A DNA stretch of 64,000 nucleotides from Minisyncoccota bacterium (lineage in GTDB: Bacteria; Patescibacteriota; Minisyncoccia; Phycocordibacterales; Phycocordibacteraceae): positions 601,605 to 665,604 of the forward strand of contig DASPLI010000001.1 in assembly GCA_035627655.1 (NCBI GenBank). The letters run 5' to 3'. A model generated the notes under the pieces. That model was not told the DNA's origin, did no database searches, and worked only from the letters and a program-made list of their open reading frames with translations. Below are positions 26,727-34,539 of the stretch, piece after piece; within the stretch, counting starts at the first letter, position 1; each line of letters begins with the position of its first letter. The position numbers were made by a program, and so were the translations under genes.

Positions 26727-27740
26727 GTGAAATTAAGACCATTGCCTGTAGTCAGCGACTTTGTTGTTGACCAGATGCCGGGCCTCCTTGAAGACGAGGA
26801 CCCTCAGTGGTTCAGGCGGCGTGTGACCCACGTCGCCGAAGAGGCTGACTGGTATCTGTCGCACGCCGCGTTTGACGGTCAGGACCGTCGAGTGCTTCTC
26901 TTGGATCTCTTGATGATCCAGGCGGCAATGCACACGAAGAAGCAGACGTGTCCGCGTGAGCTTTCGAGCGCAATCGCTCGCTTGCTCGGCAGAAACGAAG
27001 CGCCGATTATCACGTACGAGCTGCTGGTGCTCGATAATCCTGAAACGGATATGCGCGCATTTACGCGCGGCCCGGTCGGGGAAACGGAAAAGGCATTCTA
27101 TAATGCCCACCGTACTATCGAGCATGCGCTCACACCCGTGATCGCGAGCGTCGACACGCTTCTCTCATGGCTTGAAGGCAGCGCCGACGGCGCCGTCTTG
27201 TCGCCCGACGTTCTGATTGGCATCTTGAAACCGATCTGCGGATCGTTTGAGAGTCCGGCACTCCGGCTGATGCCGGGTGGCAACACGGACACCGGGCATT
27301 TCGCCCAGTTCCGTCCGTACTTCATGAGTATGGAAGTCGGAGGTAAAAAAATCCGCGGACCAAGTGGAGCTTTCTCCGGCCAGATGCCGCTTCTGGAGAT
27401 CCTCTTCAGAGGTGACTCGCCGTCCAAGAACTCGCAGGTCTACGTCGACCTTTGCTCGGAGTATTTCCCAGTACGTCACCGGGAACGACTCCATGAGGCA
27501 ATCATGCGAGCCAAAGACGGACGGATTCTCACGAACTTTGCCGCACGCGACAAGCTTGCAGCACAGTACGTGAACATTCTCGACCGGTTTTTCTACGACT
27601 TCCGACTCAACCACCTGCGTGCGGTCTATTCACAGATCCGCAACCAAGTGCGCGACAAGGAAGAAGGTACCGGCGGGTTTGAAGACATCCGTACATTCCT
27701 CAAAGACCGGCTTGGCGAAGAGCCAGACTGGAATTGGTAG
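26727..27740 (+). CDS. hypothetical protein, possibly indoleamine 2,3-dioxygenase-like (heme dioxygenase fold)
   Basis: GTG start with an AGGAGG SD. GPSGAFSGQ and FRLNHLRAV weakly resemble the IDO GGSAGQSS and FRSYHLQIV motifs. This is a weak call. Confidence 0.35.
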   Translation: MKLRPLPVVSDFVVDQMPGLLEDEDPQWFRRRVTHVAEEADWYLSHAAFDGQDRRVLLLDLLMIQAAMHTKKQTCPRELSSAIARLLGRNEAPIITYELLVLDNPETDMRAFTRGPVGETEKAFYNAHRTIEHALTPVIASVDTLLSWLEGSADGAVLSPDVLIGILKPICGSFESPALRLMPGGNTDTGHFAQFRPYFMSMEVGGKKIRGPSGAFSGQMPLLEILFRGDSPSKNSQVYVDLCSEYFPVRHRERLHEAIMRAKDGRILTNFAARDKLAAQYVNILDRFFYDFRLNHLRAVYSQIRNQVRDKEEGTGGFEDIRTFLKDRLGEEPDWNW

Positions 27741-27752
27741 GAATAAGACTTG

Positions 27753-27785
27753 AAGGGGAGGCTTGGCGCCTCCTCTTCTTCTTTA
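27753..27785 (+). terminator. terminator-like hairpin
   Basis: GGGGAGGC, loop TTGG, then GCCTCCTC followed by TTCTTCTTT. Confidence 0.45.
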
Positions 27786-27789
27786 CTTG

Positions 27790-28080
27790 ACTCCGTCCTC
27801 AGCATTCGCTACCGTACACGCTAGACAGCGTCTTGGACTCCGGTCCCGCCATAAGCGGGATTGGGCCGGAGTCGCCCGCTAGGGCAAGACGGCTTCTGCG
27901 CTAGTGGAAGCCCGGCATCCTCCGTAATCACGGGATAACCGATCGCCAAACGGCTGTCGGTGAAAGGCTTCAGTAGTGAAGCGAAGTAAGGTGGCACCGC
28001 GGAAATCCGCCCTTACGATAGGAGTTTCGACTCGTATCGCAAGGGCGGCTTTGCGTTTATGCAACAGCTCGCACGTTCTT
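27790..28080 (+). ncRNA. highly structured ~290-nt intergenic region (candidate ncRNA or cis-regulatory leader, unclassified)
   Basis: Nested long inverted repeats: GGACTCCGGTCCCGC...GCGGGATTGGGCCGGAGTC; GCTTCA, loop GTAG, then TGAAGC; and a 14-bp stem CCGCCCTTACGATA...TATCGCAAGGGCGG. No ORF. Confidence 0.25.
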
Positions 28081-28097
28081 TCACAAGGAGAATTCCC

Positions 28098-28919
28098 ATG
28101 AACGGACTTGAAGCTTTCAAGTCACAATTCCGCTTCAACCCGGCCATGGCATTTTTGGTCGGTGTCGAGCGTGAATGCTTCACGGCAGACGAACACGGAA
28201 CCATCGTCCCCGCCGCGCCCGCGGTTCTCGAGCACATCCGTGTAAACGGATGGCAGAATCCGAGCGGCCCTATGCACGGGACGCTCGTCGATCCCGGCAA
28301 GCAGGTCGGATACGAGCTGTCTGCATGCCAGGTTGAGACGCGAACCAATCCGGTTCGTCTTGAAAACCTGGAGGCTGAACTCTCGTACCAACAGCAGGAG
28401 CTTGAACGCTCCATGCTCTCCTGCGGGTTTCGCGCCCTCTATGTTGAGGTCGCGCCAGACACCATGCCGCTTGATGTCTATCCGGACCCGAGCGGACGGT
28501 ATGCGACCGTTACCGCTTCCATGCCGCGCGAAGTGCTACTCGCCGCCTGTCAGGTTGCTGGTACGCACATTCACGTTGGCATGCCTGATCACGAGACGGC
28601 GCTTCGCGTCTACAACTCGGTGATCGGCGAGACGGAACGACTGTCGCGACTGGGCGACCACACCAACGGCAAGCGGCTTGCGATCTATCGCGTCGTTGCG
28701 CCGCAGTGTGATCCGAAACCCTACCAAAGCTGGGATGAGTACCACGCCCTCGCGAAAGCGAAGGGGTTCGAGAACGATCCTCGGTCGTGCTGGACTCTGA
28801 TCCGTATCGCCGTGCACGGGACGATTGAATTTCGCATGTTCGGGGTCACCCGATCTGCAAAAGAAATCGTCGGCTGGGCGAACGAATGCCGAGACCTATG
28901 CCTTGAGGCTGCAGGATGA
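28098..28919 (+). CDS. carboxylate-amine ligase, glutamate-cysteine ligase family 2 (GCS2/YbdK-like)
   Basis: AGGAG SD. Contains VGVERECFT, ELSACQVETRTNP, AGTHIHVGMPD and TIEFRMFG, which are GCS2 hallmarks. Confidence 0.65.
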   Translation: MNGLEAFKSQFRFNPAMAFLVGVERECFTADEHGTIVPAAPAVLEHIRVNGWQNPSGPMHGTLVDPGKQVGYELSACQVETRTNPVRLENLEAELSYQQQELERSMLSCGFRALYVEVAPDTMPLDVYPDPSGRYATVTASMPREVLLAACQVAGTHIHVGMPDHETALRVYNSVIGETERLSRLGDHTNGKRLAIYRVVAPQCDPKPYQSWDEYHALAKAKGFENDPRSCWTLIRIAVHGTIEFRMFGVTRSAKEIVGWANECRDLCLEAAG

Positions 28920-28972
28920 AGCACAAGCAGGGAGCCATGCGCTCCCTGCTTTTTCGTATATAGTAACTACCA

Positions 28973-29914
28973 ATGCAAGATCTGGAGCGAATTGTCGAAG
29001 AGCTTGCCGCGAAGACGCACGAAGGCGTTGCGGGCGTTGTGCATCTTGATAGCGGAGTGCCAGGACCTACCGTTGGCATTACGGTAGCGACTCACGGAAA
29101 TGAGCCGGCTGGTCTTGCGGCGGCGCAGTTTCTATTAGCACCTGAAACCAAGCTCCTTAAAGGATCCGTTTATCTGGTATTGAACAACATTGAAGCGGCT
29201 CGTGCGTACCTCAAAGCGACAACGGACGAAGAAAAACGTCGCGCCCGATTTATTGACATCAACCTCAATCGTCTCCCGCAATCGCTTTTTGAGCGAGAAG
29301 GGGAGACGCGATATGAAATGTTGCGTGCACAAGAACTCCTCCTAATCTGGAGCCGGTTTGAAATTGCGCTTGATATCCATAGCACCTCGCAAGACTCGGA
29401 CCCGATGCTCATCGGTCTTGGCGAGCGTCTACCTGCCGAATTGATTGATGGTTTTCCGATACAAAAAGTCATCACCGGCATCGACACAGTCATGCGCGAT
29501 CGTTCTGCGGCAGATTTTTACGGGACATCTGAACGCCCCTGCCGTTCCTTCGGGATTGAATGTGGCGGCCATGAGCACAGTGAGTCCTATGACCGAGCTG
29601 TCGTGTGCGTTCGCTCGTTACTCCAAAACCTCCAGATGCTGGCGGGAACTCCAGAAAGCACGACTATTTCGCATGATGAATACGCGGTGTTCACTTCCAT
29701 TTATTTCCCGAACGAGTCATACGAGCTAACGAAAGTCTTTGAGAACTTTGAACCAATAAAAGCCGGCACTATTCTCGCGCGCGGCAATGGAGCAGATATT
29801 CTCGCACCGGAAGACGGGCACGTACTCTTTGCTCCAAAGACCACAAAGCCAACACACCTAACAGAAGAAGTGCTTTTCCTCACGAAACCGGTTCGACCCT
29901 ACAAAAGCGTCTGA
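28973..29914 (+). CDS. AstE/AspA-family zinc deacylase (succinylglutamate desuccinylase/aspartoacylase-like)
   Basis: VATHGNEPAG (the HGNE zinc-binding motif), 313 aa. Confidence 0.65.
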   Translation: MQDLERIVEELAAKTHEGVAGVVHLDSGVPGPTVGITVATHGNEPAGLAAAQFLLAPETKLLKGSVYLVLNNIEAARAYLKATTDEEKRRARFIDINLNRLPQSLFEREGETRYEMLRAQELLLIWSRFEIALDIHSTSQDSDPMLIGLGERLPAELIDGFPIQKVITGIDTVMRDRSAADFYGTSERPCRSFGIECGGHEHSESYDRAVVCVRSLLQNLQMLAGTPESTTISHDEYAVFTSIYFPNESYELTKVFENFEPIKAGTILARGNGADILAPEDGHVLFAPKTTKPTHLTEEVLFLTKPVRPYKSV

Positions 29915-29980
29915 CCTTGCCATACATACTGAGACGTCCTATAGTCCAACCGGGTGTTCCAAAAGGAAAGGAGGTGCACC

Positions 29981-30934
29981 ATGCTAGCCGCTGTACCGAA
30001 TTGGCTTGCTCCTGCGCTCACGCGCGAGGGACAACGACTGTTCTGGGACCATCAAGCAGAGGATTACGACGAAGCATCGCTCACTAGCAATGCGTCCGAG
30101 CTGGCGCTTGTTCGCGTTCTCTGCGACTTATTCTGCGAAGCAGAGTGGGCGGCGCAGGACTTGATCGCGCTTGGCTGCGGTACCGGATCTCGCGATCCGG
30201 AAACGCTGCTTGCGTGTCTGCAGGTCCACGGAAACTTGCCACTCCATGTGTATCTGAACGATTTGTCAGAGCACATGGTGAAGCGGGCCGTTCGTCGAAC
30301 AACGAGCGATCCGCGATGGGGAGTGTGCAAGGCGCGCGGCTATACGGGGGCTGCAGCAGAGGCACTTCGCCGATGCGTCACCCCTCGTCCGCGGCGCGTC
30401 ATTCTCGGCGTGTATCGGATCGAATCATTTGTACGCGCGTTCCCGCACTACGGGCATCCGCGTTCGGGCTTCGATGAGTATATGGAAAACAGCGACCGTC
30501 TCGGTCCTTACTTCCAGATCAACGATATGCACCTGCAAGGAACGGAGGAGCGGTTTCTGGCCGAAATGCGTTTTGTTGCCGATGGTGACGAACGTCGTTA
30601 CGACCAGATTCGCGATTCGATCCGTAGCCTCCCGACGCTCCCAGGACTCGACGTCACGCGCGTCATGTCGTGGGCGCACCACGGAGACGAAGCGTTCTTT
30701 CTTTCGCACTGGTTTACGGAAGCCGGCATTCGCCGACTGATCGCAACCCAGATGGGGGAAGAGCAGGAAGCGAAGATGTCCTTGGTGCCCTGCGCCAAGT
30801 CATTCGTCATCTGCCTCGACCCTCCGGAAGAGCCACGCGGCATCGTGACCATGCTCAACAATTCGTTTGGCAATATGCTGCCATCGGATTGGAGCGACAC
30901 GCTTGCTCAACTCAAAGAGACCTGCTGTCTCTAA
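29981..30934 (+). CDS. SAM-dependent methyltransferase (class I)
   Basis: A strong GGAAAGGAGGTG SD before the ATG at 29981. LIALGCGTGS matches motif I. Confidence 0.55.
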   Translation: MLAAVPNWLAPALTREGQRLFWDHQAEDYDEASLTSNASELALVRVLCDLFCEAEWAAQDLIALGCGTGSRDPETLLACLQVHGNLPLHVYLNDLSEHMVKRAVRRTTSDPRWGVCKARGYTGAAAEALRRCVTPRPRRVILGVYRIESFVRAFPHYGHPRSGFDEYMENSDRLGPYFQINDMHLQGTEERFLAEMRFVADGDERRYDQIRDSIRSLPTLPGLDVTRVMSWAHHGDEAFFLSHWFTEAGIRRLIATQMGEEQEAKMSLVPCAKSFVICLDPPEEPRGIVTMLNNSFGNMLPSDWSDTLAQLKETCCL

Positions 30935-30940
30935 AATAAC

Positions 30941-30975
30941 GAAGGCCCGTTTGCATCACTGCAGACGGGCCTTTC
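30941..30975. repeat. hairpin element / terminator (family B, copy 1)
   Basis: GAAGGCCCGTTTGCATCACTGCAGACGGGCCTTTC. Near-identical to the 31666-31700 copy. Confidence 0.6.
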
Positions 30976-31033
30976 ATATACTTGCCGAAGCGTTACGGGA
31001 GCGGTAGCCTGCCACGCAGGAAGGAGTCCTTTC

Positions 31034-31663
31034 ATGGATGTATGGGTATTTGATAACGACGGCACGCTCTATGACGACCGCGAGGCGTATGATCAATTCC
31101 TTGTTCTGGTAGGGGAATACCTGCGCAGAAAAGGCTTTGACGTTACCAATTCGCGCGAAGCTATACAGATGGCAAAAGCGCGGACTGGCATGCGCAGCAG
31201 CGCGCTCGCGCTCAGGCAGGTCTACGATCTGCCGTACGACGAACTCGTCAATGAAACGTTTATGCGGATCAAACTTGAAGAGTGCAAATATCTCCGAGCG
31301 GATCCGAAACGCGCAAGCGCGCTTTCAGCGCTCTCAGCGCCGGCAGTCGTGTTTACGAACAATCCTTCGGTGTTTGCCGAACGCGTGCTTTCGGCGGTGA
31401 AGCTGCTTGAGCATTTCTCCGACGTGTTCGGAATCGAACGGACCGATTTCTCGGCAAAGCCAAGCGATCAGGCATTCCGTTCGGTGGAAACTCGGTTTCC
31501 GCTCGGCACGCGCTTTATCCTAGTCGATGACACGCCTGCAAATCTGCATGCGGCTAAGGCTCGAGGATGGCGCACGCTACTGTTCGATCCGCAGGGCAAC
31601 CATGCGGACAACCAGGCGCACTCCGTGCTGCGTTCGTTCTCGGAGCTAGCATCCCACACATAG
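31034..31663 (+). CDS. HAD-superfamily hydrolase
   Basis: VFDNDGTLYDD (the DxDGT motif I), 209 aa. Confidence 0.7.
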   Translation: MDVWVFDNDGTLYDDREAYDQFLVLVGEYLRRKGFDVTNSREAIQMAKARTGMRSSALALRQVYDLPYDELVNETFMRIKLEECKYLRADPKRASALSALSAPAVVFTNNPSVFAERVLSAVKLLEHFSDVFGIERTDFSAKPSDQAFRSVETRFPLGTRFILVDDTPANLHAAKARGWRTLLFDPQGNHADNQAHSVLRSFSELASHT

Positions 31664-31665
31664 AA

Positions 31666-31700
31666 GAAGGCCCGTTTGCATCTCTGCAAACGGGCCTTTC
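31666..31700. repeat. hairpin element / bidirectional terminator (family B, copy 2)
   Basis: GAAGGCCCGTTTGCATCTCTGCAAACGGGCCTTTC. Sits between the convergent HAD gene and trpS. Confidence 0.6.
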
Positions 31701-31702
31701 GC

Positions 31703-32689
31703 TTAGTAGCGCTCGAGTCCCATCTTCACGCGGACGGTGTCAACCGTCTGCTGGAAGATTTCACGCGCCTTGCGGCCGCCTTCGGCAAGCACGTCGCGCA
31801 CGAGTTCGTCTTTGTCGGCAAACTCGCGCCGGCGTTCCTGAAATGGCTTGAGATTCTTCGAGAGATTCTCAGCCATGAGCGACTTGCAGTCGACGCAGGA
31901 AATGTCGGCCGAGCGGCACCGATTAGCGATCGTGCGGTGCGTCGTTTCGCCGGGCGTTACTAGCTCATGCATCGGATAGATGGTGAGGCAGTTTTTCGGC
32001 GTGCCAGGATCGTCTCGACGCACACGACCAGGATCGGTCGGCGCGCGGCGATACGCTTCGCGGATCTCGTCGGGCGTGGCGTTAAGGTCAAAGCCGTTGC
32101 CGTCGGACTTGCCCATCTTCTTGCCGTCAGTGCCGGGAACCCGGATCATCTGCGGCAACATTTTGGGCAGTGTGAAGGTCTCGCCGAAACGCCGATTGAA
32201 TTGGTCGGCAAGATCGCGCGCCAGCTCGACGTTCGGGACCTGGTCTTGGCCGACCGGCACCAGATCCGCTTGCGGGCCGAGAATATCGGCCGCCATAAGA
32301 ACCGGGTAGCTGATGAGACCCAGTGTCACGCGATCCGGATGTTTGCGGACCATATCCTTGAACGTTGGAACTCGCTGCAGGTGTCCAAGTGGTTGCAGCA
32401 TGGACAACAGCAGGCACAGTTCAGCGATCTGCGGCACGCTCGACTGCGTATAGAGAATCGAGCGTTCCGGATCAAGGCCGGCCGCCAGATAATCCTTCAC
32501 GATCTCCGGAATGTTCTTCCGAAGTTCTTCTGGATCATCGAGCGTCGTGAGGGTATGCCAATCGGCCACGAAGAACATGAGCCGATTTTCTGAGTTCTGG
32601 AACTCCACAAAGTGCCGCATGGCACCGAAGTAGTTTCCAGGATGGAGGCGTCCGGTCGCCCGGATGCCTGAGAGCACTGTCAGTGCCAT
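31703..32689 (-). CDS. trpS: tryptophanyl-tRNA synthetase, variant with C-terminal Cys4 (putative Fe-S) motif
   Basis: TrpRS core: GRLHPGNYFG (the HIGH-class TIGN variant) and KMGKS. The C-terminus carries CLTIY...ANRCRSADISCVDCK, i.e. C-x23-C-x6-C-x2-C. Confidence 0.8.
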   Translation of the reverse strand: MALTVLSGIRATGRLHPGNYFGAMRHFVEFQNSENRLMFFVADWHTLTTLDDPEELRKNIPEIVKDYLAAGLDPERSILYTQSSVPQIAELCLLLSMLQPLGHLQRVPTFKDMVRKHPDRVTLGLISYPVLMAADILGPQADLVPVGQDQVPNVELARDLADQFNRRFGETFTLPKMLPQMIRVPGTDGKKMGKSDGNGFDLNATPDEIREAYRRAPTDPGRVRRDDPGTPKNCLTIYPMHELVTPGETTHRTIANRCRSADISCVDCKSLMAENLSKNLKPFQERRREFADKDELVRDVLAEGGRKAREIFQQTVDTVRVKMGLERY

Positions 32690-32782
32690 GGGCGTACTCC
32701 TTTTCTCCTAGGTACAATTCCCGTCCGTACAGTACGTACTTTTTTAGAGGTAGTCAAACCGTTCGAATTATCGGCTATACTA

Positions 32783-34006
32783 GTGCGCATGACTCTTGCA
32801 GATGAACTCAAAGCACGCGGATACGGCAGGGAAGCATCTGCGCCGCTCGAAACCATCCTTAGCGCCAAGCGCGGGGTATACCTTGGTATTGATCCCACGG
32901 CAGATTCCATGCATGTCGGAAACTTGGTGCCGATTATACTTATGCGCCGTCTTGCACAAGCCGGGCACCGGGCGGTCTTTCTGGTCGGCGGCGGCACCGG
33001 TATGATCGGAGACCCACGTGATTCGGGAGAACGCTCGCTTCTTGATAAGCGGACGCTCGAACATAACAAGCGCGCCCTGCGTTCCCAGTTACAGAAAATT
33101 GTCGGGCGGCGAATCGAGCTCGTTGATAACGCCACTTGGCTCTCAAAGGTTGGCCTCCTTGAATTCTTGCGCGACATCGGCAAGCACTTCACAGTCAACG
33201 AGCTCACGAAGCGCGAACTCATCAAGCGCCGGCTTGAGACGCCGAACGAGTCTATTTCCTTTACGGAGTTTTCGTACGCGCTTTTGCAGGGATACGACTT
33301 CCTCACCCTCTATCGTAAGAAGGGAATCGACGTCCAAATCGGCGCGTCTGACCAATGGACCAATATGCTCTCTGGCGTTGAGCTTATTCGCCGCAAGTTT
33401 AGCCAGGAGGCGCATTGTTTTACCTGTCCGCTCGTGACGGACGCTACAGGGAAGAAGTTTGGGAAGTCAGAAGGGAACGCAATCTGGCTTGATGCGCGCA
33501 AGACGTCACCGTATGACCTCTACCAATTCTGGATCCGACTGCCTGATGCAAAGCTCGACGAGTACCTCAAGCTCTATACCTTCCTCTCTCTTGAAGAAAT
33601 CGAGGGTCATATGCAAGAGCATGCAAAGAATCCGGGAGCCCGGCATGCGCAAAAGCTGCTTGCCGCGGAAGTCACACGTATTGTGCATGGAGAAAAGGCG
33701 CTTCGAAGCGCAATCGCGGCAAGCGAGGCTGCGCATGGCGCGACAAAAGATGTTGCCGAGCTCAAGAAGCATCTTGCAGAGGTAGTTACCGTCCGCATCG
33801 GCGATGAGATGAAAGTTGTAGACGCGCTTGTTGCCTCCGGGCTCGCTACTTCCAAGAACGAAGCACGCCGTCTAATTGAAGGGAAGGGAGTGAAGGTAAA
33901 CGATGTGGCGGTACTCGATATTCACGCGAAACTCGACACGTCCGCAGTGGGAGATATGCTTCTTGTGCGAGGAACTAAGAGCTCGGTCGTCTCGATTGTC
34001 AAATAG
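32783..34006 (+). CDS. tyrS: tyrosyl-tRNA synthetase with C-terminal S4 domain
   Basis: HVGNLVPI, KFGKSEGN (KMSKS) and a C-terminal S4-like KVVDALVASGLATSKNEARRLIEGKGVKVN. Confidence 0.9.
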   Translation: MRMTLADELKARGYGREASAPLETILSAKRGVYLGIDPTADSMHVGNLVPIILMRRLAQAGHRAVFLVGGGTGMIGDPRDSGERSLLDKRTLEHNKRALRSQLQKIVGRRIELVDNATWLSKVGLLEFLRDIGKHFTVNELTKRELIKRRLETPNESISFTEFSYALLQGYDFLTLYRKKGIDVQIGASDQWTNMLSGVELIRRKFSQEAHCFTCPLVTDATGKKFGKSEGNAIWLDARKTSPYDLYQFWIRLPDAKLDEYLKLYTFLSLEEIEGHMQEHAKNPGARHAQKLLAAEVTRIVHGEKALRSAIAASEAAHGATKDVAELKKHLAEVVTVRIGDEMKVVDALVASGLATSKNEARRLIEGKGVKVNDVAVLDIHAKLDTSAVGDMLLVRGTKSSVVSIVK

Positions 34007-34033
34007 GGCAAAACGGCTATACTTGGCCGTATT

Positions 34034-34116
34034 GCGTCGGTGGCAGAGTGGTCAATTGCACTTGGCTGTAAACCAAGCGGATTTATCCTACGGAGGTTCG
34101 AATCCTCCCCGGCGCA
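34034..34116 (+). tRNA. tRNA-Tyr (anticodon GTA), type II with long variable arm; CCA not encoded
   Basis: Hand-folded. Acceptor GCGTCGG/CCGGCGC (one G-U pair). D-arm GCAG-AGTGGTCAA-TTGC. Anticodon arm CTTGG-CTGTAAA-CCAAG. Variable arm of 14 nt. T-arm GGAGG-TTCGAAT-CCTCC. Discriminator A. Confidence 0.7.
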
Positions 34117-34119
34117 CAA

Positions 34120-34165
34120 AGAAAAATCGCCGTGGCCAAAGTGAGGCCACGGCGATTTCACAAAG
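34120..34165. terminator. bidirectional terminator hairpin
   Basis: AAAAATCGCCGTGGCC, loop AAAGTGA, then GGCCACGGCGATTT. A perfect 12-bp stem between the tRNA and a convergent minus-strand gene. Confidence 0.6.
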
Positions 34166-34173
34166 CGAGTGTC

Positions 34174-34431
34174 TTAGTTGTCGCACCGGTTGGTGTAGTA
34201 GGCGCCTTCTGGCGTTTCCACGACGCGGCAGAGTGGGATGGCATTTTCCATCGCCATGCGCCGATCTTCTTCGTTCATCACGTCGACGATCGGATCAATG
34301 CCCACGGTGTTGGCCTGAACCGGAGTTGAATCCGGCTCCTGACCATCACGCGCAGACGCGCCCATCGTGGCAACCGCAAAGGCGGCGCCCGCTGCAGCAA
34401 TAACCAGCAGAGCAAATCGACTTTTCGACAT
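34174..34431 (-). CDS. small secreted protein (signal peptide; hypothetical)
   Basis: 85 aa. N-terminus MSKSRFALLVIAAAGAAFAVATMGASA. Confidence 0.4.
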   Translation of the reverse strand: MSKSRFALLVIAAAGAAFAVATMGASARDGQEPDSTPVQANTVGIDPIVDVMNEEDRRMAMENAIPLCRVVETPEGAYYTNRCDN

Positions 34432-34539
34432 TGGGTGTCTTTCTCCTTCGTGTTAGCCCGCGTTACCGCAGTCTAAGGTGACCATACTATATATATTGAT
34501 ATATGTCAATTGCTGCCAACGGCTGGTATACTGTCGCGC

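Noticed and set aside
27958-28010. RNase P RNA (rnpB) hypothesis for the structured region, based on GGUGAAAGG...GUAAGGUGGCACCGCGG resembling the P10-P12 region of type-A RNase P
   Set aside because: The universally conserved P4 strand (GGAAAGUCCGG) and the 3' ACAGAANCCGGCUUA are absent on the same strand. The best P4-like match lies on the opposite strand. The region is also too short (~290 nt). Left as an unclassified structured RNA.
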